Shown here one piece after another: positions 1 through 13,500 of a DNA stretch of 64,000 nt. Position 1 is the stretch's first letter; every line of letters starts with the position of its first letter. Made by a program: the position numbers and the translations under genes. The notes below the pieces were generated by a model. The model ran no database searches, was not told where the DNA came from, and saw nothing but the letters and a program-made list of their open reading frames with translations. The DNA is from Klebsormidium nitens (lineage: Eukaryota; Plantae; Klebsormidiophyceae): positions 186,001 through 250,000 of the forward strand of contig DF236991.1 in NCBI GenBank assembly GCA_000708835.1. The letters run 5' to 3'.

Positions 1-3000
1 GGCAGACGCCGCCCTTGACCCTGCAGTAAGGTTGATAGGTTGAATGAACGCGTCACTTTCGTTGCCTTTCATCACGCAGTTGACGGTTGGGTGGGTTAAG
101 CAGAATCTTTTCTCTTTGCGCTCGCCTGCTTTTTCACGTACACGCAGCCCTTGTCCCTGTGGTGCTGGGTCAGCGAAAAGAAAATCCAGGCAAACCGCAG
201 AAGCACGTAACTGCGTCGGAGGGACGGCATAACATCGCCCCCCATCGTCTGATATGGACACTCCAGATTCGTCATTGATTGGCGTTTTCCTGACCCTAGC
301 TGGAACACCCCTGACCCTCTATCCTGACGTGGTCAAAAGGCTCGAGGGCTGAGTGTTGCAGATCGCACTTGGCACCTCAAGCCTCGCCTCCTCTGATGCA
401 ACTTTCTCGGTGCAGATATTGCGCCTGTCTGGATCGCCTTTCTAACCCTGCACAAACCGCACCGGCAGACTAGAAGACATTCCTGTATCTGCCAGTTGAC
501 CAGTGGCCTCGAGTGTTTACAAACAGATTTGGACGTCCTAAGACTCTCTAATCGACCTGATGATACCACAATTCTAATGCTGATACACGATGCTTCAACG
601 AGCTTTTTGGTTGAGCTTGAGCGTGTGACATAAGAAGTATCTCCGACCGAGTCTCCCGCAGTGGCGTCAAACAAAGAGTATGAATGCTCGTCGATGTCAG
701 CGTGACTGGATCTGAAATGAACGGCTCAGCATAATTGAGAGCGCCGCGAAATTTCGACTCACAGGCCATTCCCCACCAGGTTGCCTGGAACGCGGTTTCT
801 CGTCATGGCCGTGAACTGGTGCGACAAAACCTGGGGAAGGCAAACCGGTGACGTCAGAGGTCCAGGCGGAGATGACGTCACGGGCGTCAACTACAAGTCG
901 GCAAGTGAATCATGGGTTCGGCCTTTCCAGCGACAACATCGAAACCAAGTGACTATAGCCGTAAGGGCTCGTGACAAAGAAGTGACATCAGCGGGATCTG
1001 CCCATGATGACGTCAACCGATTGGGAAGCCTGCATAGCGGCGACGTCGCGAATGCTAAGGAAGAGGTGGCGACGAAAAATGCCCAATGAAAGCGCCACTT
1101 GGAAAGTGGCGGCAGGTTTGACGGCTTTCGAAAGAAGCGATGACAACAAGGAAAGTGTTCAGAAGAGATTCTGCATGCTCAGTGGCATTTCTTGCTAGTA
1201 CCCGCGGGTAGTAAGAAGAACTGTCTGGGAATAAGAATGGACGGAGCTGGTCTCCGTCAAAGCCCGGGCGGATAGGGATGTCATTGCGGCCGGCTGAAGT
1301 GTCCATGACGTGACATGCGGACAGAATCAGAAGTCTAAACAAGACTGAACGTCCAACAGCGGTCAGACAAACAAAAATCCGAGAAAAAACAACCCCTGGA
1401 TTTTCCAGTGCAAAGGAGGTTTCGAGAATTGAGCCACGTCTTCCAAAGGCTTTGCAATCGGACGTACACGAATGCTTGTGGATGCCGCGACCGACTTATG
1501 GTCTGGCGAGCCTGCTAAAGCGTCGCATGCAGATAATTGGACGAAACATGATCAAAATTGCAGATCTAAATTGCTGAATAAGGCATTTGAAATAATGGTG
1601 TTGAGGTTCCGCCGTTTCGACCATAAAGACTTACCCGGGGGTTGGCGACCAAGCCAACGAGGCCGCCCTTTGCGAGTCGCCCTCCCCACAACGCTTTGAA
1701 GAAGGACTTTCGCCCATCTGTGGAGGCACGACGGGGGGAATTACCCCTCACAATAGCGTGCTGGTGCCGTGAAACAATTTATAATCTACTATGAGCAGGA
1801 GAGAGCGGCTTTCTGAGAAAGAGTCGTTCTTTCAGTCTGAATCCTAGGCGCTTTGACACGACTTCAACGATGGAATCAGTGATCTGTTGCTCGGAGACCT
1901 CTACAGTACTGCATAGTGCTCAAAATCGTTTGGAGGTCGAGCTCCTATGAGAGTATCGAGAAACTAAACGCGCAGATTGAACCAGCTTTTGCGAGGGTCT
2001 GAAGGCGCACAACTCGACTTGAGTCTAGGTGCGGATGAAGCTGCTGCACACGCATGCGCTGATGCGCAGGAAAGTCAACCATTTCTGTGAGCCCTCTCAA
2101 GGAGGGAGCAAAAAGCACATTGTGGACTTCTCAAAAAGGGTCGACAAACTTCGAAAACACAAATTCTGATATCAGCGGGATGCACGTGGACACCGACATC
2201 AAAACCGACTACCGAGCTCGAGTCTCGCCCAATCCTGATAAACACTCCGGGATCGCAAGTTGCGGCTTTCTGACGTGTCAAGACTAAGTCCTGGCAAGAC
2301 CCGCGGAAGGACCTGGCAAGGACTGTCAATAAGTCACGCTCATTGAGTTTCTCAACGCAGTTTCGGACTTTATCCTTTTGGGGACGGCAGTCAAGTAATG
2401 TACCTAAAAAGATGTCGCCTCCCCAGAATTCCTTGAAGGCTTCCACCTGCGAAGACCCCCAGGTGAACATAAGCGTTGGGAGTCGCCACTATGCATAAGC
2501 CATCTTGATTCTATCAAGAGCATCGGCCGACGGACAGGTCGGCAGAATTGCGTGTGTGTCTATGTGCGTTTGTGCATCTGAAAGCTGAATCGCCTGGCGA
2601 AGACTTATCACGTGTAAGATCCGACGATCGAATACCAAGGGACTCTGCTGACGACAAGAGAGAGCAGGTGTTACAGGCCAGGACAAGAACGGTTCGAAAG
2701 GAAGAGAAACCTCATGAGTATTAGAATCTAGTCAACCGAGGAAGCTAGCGGGTCAGACTGAACCGTACTGAAAAGAGAATCAGATGAAGACTTTCTTTCG
2801 CAGGGCCGGATAAAGGACAGGGAACGCACAAAATTCTCAGAAGCGAACGTTCTGGTGAAGATGAATGTTTGCAGGATATTCCGCGCACCAAGAGACATGA
2901 GGTGAAGAACTGGACAACATTGCGCGGTTGCAGAGACCGAACCGACAGCAGATATAGAGGGCCGCAACTCTTTCACAGCATTCACAACGGAGCTCTCGAA

Positions 3001-4213
3001 AAAAGCTTGGAACCTTGTTCACATGGCCCCAGGAAAGCTGAGGAAGGAAACGCCTTCAGCTTACGGGGGAGATCAGGAAAAGCAAAGTTGAAGGTCAGAA
3101 AGTGCGGAATGGAGAATTGTAAATATTGAATCATGAAAAGCTCACCTCCCCCGGAATATTTTCGTTCACCACACAGACCAGGCGCACGCCGAGGTCCGTA
3201 AACTCGTCCCAATGCTTCCAGACGCTCCTGGCATGGGCGCGGCACGTGCTTTCCCTGCAGCATCGCAGGGCAGAGCTGTCAAGAAATCGGACTACGGGAC
3301 GCTGGCAGTCGATTTGGGGGTTCAGGCAGGCATCTAAACGAGTCTTTTTGCAGGAAGCCCCTGCCAAATCCTCGGGGTTTTCTTTCCCTTCAGGGCCACC
3401 AACCTTTCTAGCATTGCTCCTTGTTCATGAAAAGTTACAGTCGCGTGCGGGACGGTTGTACAAAGTGATCGGACGAGTGAAGAACTGCGACCCAGTCACT
3501 GATGACCCTTGCGATCCACGGCAGGGAGTCAAACAACGCACTTTTCGAAAGGTCGTCACACTGATTGAATCCCAAGCTCTACGGTCGTGACTTTGCCCTC
3601 AGTATCGCTGACGAACTCCTTCAAAATGCAAGTAGAGTGATCAGAAGAACCAAACACGGGATTCCAGGTTATCGTGGGCGGGGAGTCCGTCAACGCCCTT
3701 CCCAAACGACCACCCCATTAGGAACGGGTAGGGCTGGGTGAGAAGAATGAGTCTGAAGTGCGCGTTCATTGTGACCTTTCTGTTGTTGTGCTCGAGCTCT
3801 TTACCAGGCGCTTTCAAAACATAATTGTTGAAACAACTGTACAGATGCTACTGACCAGAAACGGTGACCAAGAACATTTGGGGTTATACCCTAAACTGTC
3901 AAAGCGGCCCCATTCTGCACAAGGTAGTCAACGTGCTTCCAAACAATATCCTTGCATGTCTCGGTATAATATTTCAGATATAAGTCCAAATTTAGACTTA
4001 CCCGGGCCTTCTAATAAGTAGGAACAAGCACACCTGCTCCGTCCACAACTCGCGGGCAGCTACGGTGGCCCCGCTTTTACATTTCTCCGCACTCAACGCT
4101 TCCAGTTGGATCCCCTCGATCTTCCGGAGGGATGTAAGTTTGTTCGGGATGTTTTTGTGGCCCGTGTTCCCCAGGCAGAGGTTGAAGCAGCTCCTGACAC
4201 AAGGGCCGCACAT
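1..4213 (-). CDS. PRXL2A/FAM213/SelU-like AhpC/TSA antioxidant enzyme (thioredoxin fold), spliced, 3' end beyond window edge
   Basis: Phase-consistent GT-AG exons: 4213-4002 (MCGPCVRSC...ARELWTEQVCLFLLIRRPG), 3254-3146 (ESTCRAHARSVWKHWDEFTDLGVRLVCVVNENIPGE), 2446-2404 (VEAFKEFWGGDIFL), 1717-1635 (DGRKSFFKALWGGRLAKGGLVGLVANPR), 830-763 (VLSHQFTAMTRNRVPGNLVGNGL), 20-1 (VKGGVC..). Motif order RRPG-xxxC-R...LGV.L...WGG.IF.D...FFKAL.GG...NPR...N..G.G..KGG follows the plant AhpC-TSA_2 family as I recall it. The exon-2 acceptor is ambiguous (3254 or about 3275). Confidence 0.82.
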
Positions 4214-7200
4214 TGTGCTTGGTCACACCCCCAAAGCTGGGCGCGGTGTCAGTCGTTGTCAAGGCCACTGCCTCGAGCGGAGCCAAGTGGAACCGGACGC
4301 TTGGTTACACGTCGTAAAGAAGGGCATTGTGTAAGCTGGCTTTACTTTCGTAAGGATTTTTCTAAGGGAAGAAGACCAGAAAAATGTCACTTGACTTCTC
4401 CAAGGGGCAAGTCGGTAGATCGCGCTACGCTCCCTTTGTTCTTGTGTGAGGATGTGGCCTGATCGGCTGGTAGATCTGTCCCTGTCAGTGCCGGGCAATA
4501 TGACAAATTCTACGCAACTTCTAGTGCTACTGGGCACGACCCATGAGAAATGTGAACAATGTGGGGTGCCTGCCGCTGCGGAAGAAGTCCGTTGAAAGCC
4601 CTAAGCAGCTCGATGATTCTTTCGGGATGCCGCGACAGCTTCACTTGCATTCAAGCACCAGGATTGGCCCTGGTTAGCAACCGAGCGTCGTCTTCTTCCT
4701 CTTTGATCCTCCTTCCTAGCTCTTTGGTCATGGAAAATTGTCATATTGGAGCAACCAGTCCGACCGATACATGATCACTGTCAGGGAGATCATTCCGAGG
4801 ACCCCAGGATTTACGAATTCTAGCTTGGAGACTGGAGGTGATCCCTTCGCAGTCTCGCCTCTAGTTTTCCGAGGTGGGCCCCTAATTATTGCCCTGTGCC
4901 ACTTGGCATGACCACAGACATGCCGATGGTTACAAGTTGGACCGTTGCCAACGGATTGAAGGACTGGGTCAGATGAACCGTGTTTCGTCAGCAGTGCTTG
5001 CGACGAGCCGGTGCGGACCTGGCCGGCAGATATGAGAGATGCACCGGTGCCCATAAATTCCTCCGGCTGGAAAACCGGCCAAAAACAAGCGTATGCGTCC
5101 AGGCTGAACTTACCGGTTTTGTCCTGCTTGCTTTACCGGTAGAAATGCAGAAAGGCCGGTAAACCGCCGTCACCGGTGAAAGTGGGTGGCACGCCCTTTT
5201 CGTCAGCAAAAACGAACACTCTAGCGTGCGCTGCGCACCGTGCACACTGAACCAAGTTGCCAAACTCGTCCGTACCAGAGGCGGTACCAACCGAACCTTT
5301 TCCGGTACATAAAGTGCTCGTGGGTTCCGTACCAGCTGGCCAAGGTACGTACTTTGTTGTCCGGTACCAGCACCCTGGTCCGTAGTTTTGATGGACCACA
5401 GATGTTGACGAGTTCAACCGTGACGCGTGCGCATCCACCGGAATTGAAATATCTCTTTCGACGGTCCCCTGGCTGACCACATCGAAGCACAGCCAGGTCC
5501 CCAGAGATAGCTCTTACTCTCATGTATATTCTGCTGATGATCTTGCGAAATTACAAAGCCAATATTTGCAAAATAAATCGACAGGAAACTGCTTGAATGA
5601 TGAATACATTCGCGGAAGCTACGACTTGTGCACCTTGCCAATAACTTTCATCCTATCGGCAGGCTGGACTTGGAGGTTGTTAACGTGCACATATACCCGC
5701 TTACCGAGCATAATGGAAATGGAAGCCATTTCCAGGGGGGTCTGATTCACTCCCTCAAAGTGACGCGTCGAACAGAGGAAGTCTGTACAGAATGAGTTTT
5801 GTTCGCACCGCCACGTAGCAGAAGGCGCCGCCACCATTCATGTGGTTGACTGCACGCACTTAATCGAGAGAGGAAGGAGAAGAAGGGGCTACCGTGCCAT
5901 GAGAGCTGCAGAAACTTGTCTATGCCAACCGGGTCACAGGATTTGCAAGGGCACCAAACTGGGAAGAAGCACCCATTAACTGGCACGGAGAAGCAACTGT
6001 TTTCCTATGTAAGCTGGGGCGTCGCTGCTGATTTGGAGACTGTCCAAGTGTAGAAGCTCGCACGGACGCAAAGGGACGTTTCTTTCTTGCATGCAAGGGA
6101 AAGACACCAGCAAATTGTGGGGAAGGTGAGACCTTCATTTCGGCCAAACAACCATTCAAAAACATGGATTCTTTAATTTGTCAGCCTTCCTGGAAGTTTG
6201 GAGCAATTGTTGCTTTGGGACCATTTTCATCGTGCTGAGAATGGGGGATGCGTTATCCATGTCCTTGAGCGCCATTGCAAGCGTGGAAGGGCATGCAGAG
6301 CTTGTGTTCTACGCTCCCGAGCCTGTTTTTGTTGTTCCCATAAGCACGTGACTAACACGGAGGAGATGATTTGGCTGGATTCCTACCGCAAAGTGGACAG
6401 AGGTAGGAATGGGTAATAGTAGCAATGGTTGCAAGCTTGCTAACGTGTTTTATGAGAGAAACGTCATTTGGGATATTTGGCGTCTCCCATAACCGTTTAC
6501 TTTCATCGCGAGTGGGCCTCCCGCAGTTGCAACAACTCTGCTGTTCAGGTCGCTCAAATGTTTTTCTGGTTTTGATTATTGAAAAGGTGATAGAAGCCAG
6601 ATCCATCATAGTATCTTTATGATTGAACATCCTTCAACTCTCAGAAGAACTCTCTTTGCTTATTCAATGAGAATCATACAACCTGCAATGGGTTGATTGG
6701 AGGATTTTGCCCAAGAGGTTGGCAGTTCTTCCTCATGGGAAGTGGAGAAGCTTGCATAAGAGAATTTCCATGGTATTTTGAACATTGCTGGCGAGCTCTG
6801 GTTGATTTTCAAGGGATTGAAAGTTAATTGTCAATTGTACAAACCCGAGGTAATGCAATCACAGGGGCAGTCCTAGTGTGTATGACAATGAACCCATCAG
6901 CAATGAATTTTGGTTGCTAGCAAGATAAGGGACCCGTGATCACCAATTCTTACCTTTGCTAATCAACTCTCTTTGATTGTGCGTATCGCAGTCAGCGGTT
7001 TATGCTCGTAAGTAGTAATATTCTTGCTGTATCCACCACCAAAGGAAAGCACAGTTTTAAAGCAGTGCTCCAACCGGTCTCTTGATTGTGCATTTTGGAA
7101 ATTGTCTATCCGCATCTGTATGCTGGTCTTTGCAAATCCCTCCGGAGCTTTTGCAAAGTCTTTTGCAGGACTTTTTCATGCTGAGAGGAGGACCTACTCT

Positions 7201-7556
7201 TGTCATGATGCTGGGGGACTTTCAATCACTACGTTCAAGCTTCTTAGCATTTTGAAACTTCAAACTTTGCATTTGTATGCACCACTCCCGGTCTTCTGTG
7301 AATTCTATGCAAATCTTCTTCATGCTGATAGGAGGACCGGATTCTCAGCGGCATCGGGCAACTTCGACTTGTTGAGCCAGCAAGACTAAAAAGAACTCCA
7401 GTATCGGCTCTTTGCATCCCTACGCTGGCCTGTGCTAAACCCCTCCTTGGATTAAATGCAGAATGTGTGCCATGGCTGAAAGGAGGACTTGATTCTCAAT
7501 GAATCCGGGGGAACTCTGATGGCTGACCCAGAGAGGTAGCAAGACTGGTCTCCTCC

Positions 7557-10500
7557 ATGCCTGGAGACCGAGTGAGGGCTCTCTCCGGGAAGGAACACTG
7601 GAGCGGCCATTCAGAGCTTGCCCCGCCTGTAATCAGAAGAGAGCGGAGGGACTTGGGGCGGGCTGAAAGTCTGGAGGGAGACAATCTGGATCTCGAGGGG
7701 TTGACTACAAACAAGAGGCGCGAGACGGACTTTGAACAGGGGCGTCTGGAATCCAATTTAGGACGAAACCAGAGCAGCAAGTCAGGGCAGCTCCTGCTTC
7801 GAACGGAGGGGAAAGAAGACAGCAGAAACCTGTTGCAATCATTGGGATCAGTGCAGAGCTTGGGACGGAACACGCCAGAAGCCCCAGCCACCCCCGTGTC
7901 CATTCTTTCCGCCGGAGGTTTGCACAGTCCGGTTGGTGAAAAGCCTGCGCATCACCCTTTTCCGGTTGGTGTTGCTTGGAGCTCGGCTCGTGCCCGGTGC
8001 GACGCTCCAGATGATGACGAGCCTGCGCGGCGTTGTGAGGAATTGGAGCAACGGATAGAACGCGTCACGTCCTGGGTTGAAGAGTCGCCAACAGGTGGGA
8101 TGGATGAGGAGCGTCTGAAGATGGAGGACCGGGGATCCTCCTCCGACAATGACAGCATCGACACCGACTTGGCTTCGGTCAGGTCTTCCTTTGAGATGGG
8201 GGACGACCAGCGGCCGTCGTTTGATTTCACGTCCGAGTTCAAGGGCGAGTTTCGGCCGCTCCCAACCATGGTCCCCGAGACGTCCCAAAACCTGGAGGGG
8301 TTTGCAGACATGGCGTCCGAGACGATGTCTGGCGATCTGGACACTCCCTCTACGAGCTCCCAGGAGTTTATGCAGATGGTCAGCGACCAGGTTGACGGGA
8401 AGATGTCCAGAAGCCGCCACAACGTTCTGCTGAATTTGATTGGCCAGGGCAGCGGCGCGCTGGAAGACGAGGCGGAGCTAATCCTATACGACCACGAGAC
8501 GGCGGAGCAGTTTGTGCGGGCGTCTCTGCGGACACAGCTCCTTTACTTCAGTCTCGTGGCGATTGCGAGCATGACGGTCGCGGGGTTCATGCTCTCGCTG
8601 CTCTTCTCCAGCATCAAGATCAACAGCCAGCTTCTATCGGAGTACGAAGGGCAGCGAGCGCACCCCCCCTCCCACGGCCATGACTGGTGGATCTTCGGCA
8701 GCATGGCGGGCCAGGGGCTGGTTACACTGCTAGCCGTCCTGATCACCGCGCTCGTTGGAGCGTACGTGACGGACAACAGGAGGGCGGTCCAGAAGGCGCA
8801 GGTACGTGCACAGGCTTTCTGTTGGGCCTTGTGTTGCTACGAGTGCTGAAAGGCCATTTCTCGAAAGTCAGAAGGGGTTTGAGGTATGACTTTTGCTATG
8901 ATTGCCGAAACGTAAGTTCTTGAAAGTCAAAAGGGGTTCGGAAGTTGCACAGGTCTTTCTACAGATTGACTTTCAGATGGCTTGGTTGGTTGGCTGCCTG
9001 CTTGTGACAGGGGTTGATACCAATGTGTCTACTTAGCTAGATTATTTTGAAGGTTGTTGTAAGGTTGTGCTGTTCACAGCGTTAGTAACTGCAAAGAGAA
9101 GGTGCATGTACAAACTGTAGCACAGGGACACGGTGATACTTGGTCAGCAATTGGGGCTATTCAAAGGTGGTGGCTGCCATGATGATAGGAGAAGGAACCC
9201 TTTGAAGGGCTTCTTGGTTGATCCTCTTTATAATGGGCAAGCTGCTATTTTTTACTGGCTGTATTGTTCAGCCATTATAACTTGCTACGAGAGTGGGAAA
9301 TCCTGAAACCCCGTGTTTCTATCTCAAGCTTGCTGGGGTAGTTTTGTTTATCTGGACTTTTCCAGGTTTTGCAATGTTTTCACAGTTATGTAATCTTTCA
9401 CTTTTTAGCAGATCCATCCTTCTTCATCCTGGACAAGAACAACTCTGCTTTCGTAGATGTATTGAACACCGGACAGTTTTCAGTTTTCAAGGGTCATCGG
9501 AAGCAATTCATTGGAGAGCTGCCACTTTTTAGCAACTTCAAGCAGCCTTCTGGCTGTTTCATTGTGGTGAATGTGTAACAATTGACTCCATCCTGAGTAA
9601 GTATTGATTCCTTTTTCTGAATGCAGCATCGTGCTGAGAGGCGAGAGCAAGACGATCTGTTGGCGAGCCGGCGTTCCGAGAGAAGGGCCATGGAGCGCGC
9701 CAAGACAGCCACACGAGCAAAGCAGCAGTTCATGGCTTATGTCTTCCACAACATCCGAGGTGTGTGGCTGCTTTTCAACACATACGCAACGATCAATACC
9801 CTTGCTGAAGATTACATTTCAAAAGTTGACAGGCTAGAGCCACCTTTGAAAGGTTGGACCTTGAGGTGCTCCATGCATGGGGTTGGAAAGGGTCGCCATT
9901 GGAATCTCACGACTTGATTGTTCTTAGTCTTTGCTAAGAATGGGTAGGAGTCATTGCAATTCACCCCTAGTCAGCTCTGGCAAGGATTGGCGTATTCCTA
10001 TCCAGGAGTTTGCCTCCTGCGCCTCTAGGACGCTTGGGCATCAGCCTTCAATGGCTTCACGTCAAATGATGAGTGCTGACCGTGTCCATCTCGTCTTTGT
10101 CTGCAGCTCACTCGAGCTCTTTTCAGGCTATTGTCCTGGTCTGGCAAAGTCCCTTGTTGTCTTGAGGCCTTGAGGCAGACCCTTCTGAAATGCACTGGCG
10201 AAAGCTCCTTTCTTTTCCTTGCAGCGCCAATTTCTGAAGCCATTTCTTAAGTGTCCTTGGAAGGCCAATAGCGCTGTACTGTTCGCTCAAGCTTTACTCG
10301 GTACTCAAGATTTAGATCTTCCAATCTCAGAAACACTGAACGTTCATCCTCCTGTTTGCCAGTCCCGTTCAACGCCATTGTGCTTGGGTTGGGACACATG
10401 CGCGCGGCCGAGTTTGGCGAGTCCCTGCCGGGGGACAAGATGGACCTGATCCAGATGATGTTGGACTGCGCCGAGACGATGACGAGCGTCCTCGATGACG

Positions 10501-13500
10501 TCACGGATATGAGTAAGCGCTGCAAAGCTCTTTTGGATCCTATAAGGTATCATGATGCATGTGACATATGGTCCCCTGATTGGTCTTGTATCAAAAGCCT
10601 ACACATAGAAGAGGTCGGCAATCAGAGTTTTTGGATACGGACAGATAGAGCACGCTGATTGTCAAGAAGTATGAAAGGAAAGCGAGCTAGATTGTAAACC
10701 GCAACTCTGTCTGCCGGGCAAGTGGTTGAACCCTGTAGGCATGTTAGGGGGGACACTAAGAACTTTCAAGCTGCAGGGAGCTGAACTGTTGCAATGAATG
10801 TTTGGCCTGACTTTAACGCCTCGCCAATAAGCGTTCTGCCCTACTTATGTCCGCCTTGTAAGGACGAGTTTCTTGTCGCATTTGCCCCTCTCTTCCTTGT
10901 GACGGGCCCACATCCTCTGGTCTGTCCTTAATGCCCTCTGCAGTGGATCAAATGAGCGACGTTTCCTTGAGCTTAAGTTCTGTAAGCTGACTTGGCTTGT
11001 CTATGTCAAGTTCCCTGTCAACTTCGGCTAAGTTCTCCAACAAACAGGGTATCTGAGAGGTCTTCAATTTAGGAATGTAATGGTAAGACTTGGAAGGTTG
11101 CCAGCGTGGGGCGAAGCTGGTTTGGTTCGGTGGTAGGGTTAGAAATCAGAACATCTAAGTAAGTTAGGAGCTCGCCAAAATTTGAAGCTGACTGAGCTTA
11201 TACCGAAGACTTATCTGCTTTGCTTTCTTCCTCGCAGGTCAATGGGAGGACAACAAGCTGGACCTGCGCACCGACAACTTTGATTTACTGGCTGTCGTTC
11301 GTTTCCTGAGCTGGGGCCTGCGCGATCTGCTCGACCAGAAGAACATCAACTTCGGCATGGTCATCGACCCCCGCGCGCGAGCGGTGCTGTCCAGCCACAA
11401 GACAGGTAAGCGGCGTGCATCAAGTTCCTTTGCTTTCAAGACTGCGTTTGAACGAGAAACCCACTGAACAAGCGATAGTAGAACTTTGAACGGAGGTCGT
11501 ATGCAAGTTGCACGGATCTGTGAGGCTGATGAGATTGAGAGTTTTTCCAGAGTTAGAGTTTTTCCAGTCGTCAAGGGTCCGAGAGCAAAAAGTGCAAGAA
11601 CGGATTTCGATTATATTATAGATTGGTTGGAACTGTGCCTTAGAGGCAAGCTCAGGAGACTTTTCTGCGCACCGCATAAGTGGACAACCTTTTGTTTGAG
11701 CTTGGCAGGAGCAGCCCGTCATTCGACCACTAGCTGCGACGCCTGCACGGCTCCCTTCACCTGAAAGCGTCCTTCAAGTTTGAAACATGGCCAGCAATCC
11801 TCATCCATTCTCCGAATCCCCTTCATTTGCCTTGCCCCGAGGCGTCTTAGTTTGTCGTAATTGACCCGCAGAGTGATCGCTCTTTTGCAGTCGGGGACAA
11901 GCACCGGGTGGTCCAGGTGCTGGGCCAGTTCCTGAGCAACGCGGTCAAGCTCACCCCCCGCAACGGCGAGATCAACCTCGTCATGGCGTGCGAAGATCTG
12001 GAGTGGATCGAGGAAGAGCAGCTTGGCGCGATCGGGTGGCGCATCGTGCGCACCGAGCGAAAGCCGTCGCGCAACTCGTCATCCCACTCGAAACACCCCC
12101 TCTCCGACGACCCCCTGTATACGTCACCGAGCATGTCGGTCGGGTCCGACCCTATGTCGTCTGCCGAGGAGATGCTCCCACGAAAGGTGAGCTTCACGCG
12201 GCAAATCTTGCGACCAACGCTTGACCTTTTTGATGTGACGTTGCCCGAACACGAGGTGTCAAGAGTTTGGTCCTTCTCGTTGAAGTCATTGCCGTGCTGT
12301 TTGGTGGGTGAGCGAGAAAAAAGTAATCAAAACGGCGTCAAGTAAAGCGATCCCGTCGTTTTCAGCTGAGGGTTGCTTTCTGTTTGTCACGGGGCCGGTC
12401 TGCTTGACAGATTCTGTCTTACTTTTCACAGGTGAGCCTCACACCCCGTGCGAAGAAGTCCGGGCTCGGGATGTATTCCCCACGGCGGCGCAGCCGACAG
12501 TCTTTCGAGCGCCCTTCCGGTGGAGATCCATTCGTCGATTTGCCAGCGGTGCAGAGGGTCGACTCGGATGACGTGGAGTCGGGAGGGGCGGATTCAGAGC
12601 CGGGGGGGAGTGACTCTGCAGCCCAAACGAGCCCCAGGGAAGAAGACAACGCACCCGAGGCTTCGCTAATGGAGAAACGAAGTCCCCGAATGGAGGCGAA
12701 CAAGCCCACGCAGTTGCAAATTCCAGGAGAGACGTCGGGTGCAGGAGACTCGGCAGGCGCAGGAGACGCGTTGGGAGGCTCTCTGAAGACGCCTGGGGGG
12801 TCCTTGTCCGCACCATCACCCGCAGGTAAGAGAGCCATGTCAGCGAGTTTAATGGGATCTGGGGTGGCTTGCCAGTTGATTGTACTTTGGCCCCGGTTAG
12901 CTTTGGAAAGGCGCGTAGAGAGGAGATTTGGATGTTATGAAAGGTCCACTTTTCGTTGTGGTGACTTCCAAAGTGCAAATCTGGATGCACCTTTGCACCA
13001 GTATTTGGACTCGTCGGCTTCCGATGTTGTCTATCCGCTTTGTGTTCGGAGAGAGGTGCTCGGAGACCACTTGAGCCTGCGTATGTTTGCTTCTGTTCTG
13101 TTTATAGAGTATTCCGAGGAAGCATCTGGTCATTGCTCGGACTGTAGGTAAGATCGAAGCCTGTCAAGTAGCCTTGAGTTGCAGTCCGTTTTGGCCTGTA
13201 TTGGGGTGGATGTCTGTCAGACACAGTCCTAAGGCTGTTGTGTGACTCGTGAAGCGGACGCCTAGATTGCTCCTGTGCTGCTGTAGGTCTTTCCAGTCAT
13301 ATGCAGGAATTCTATCTACCGCTAAAAGCCTTGAAACGCCTTGGATCGCCCAGATGTTCCATCATTTCATCAGAAATATGCTCTTTCAGTGTTGGTAGGG
13401 TGGCCCGCGCGTTCAATCTTTTGCGTCGATTTCACTTGCCGACTCGTCCCCTCGAACCATCGTACCCACATTCACTGCCGTTTAGCATCCTCGTTACCTC

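Noticed and set aside
3255-3285. TGA CAG CTC TGC (U-Q-L-C), suggesting a selenocysteine UxxC motif in the SelU-like gene
   Set aside because: It is in a different frame from the conserved downstream residues and overlaps a likely acceptor (ttgacag). No acceptor places it directly after RRPG.
7848-8422. Long antisense or alternate-frame ORFs over GC-rich exons (also 13472-14263, 26648-27650, 30292-31098, 36918-37848, 47196-48275, 53697-54127)
   Set aside because: These are shadow frames of genuine coding exons.
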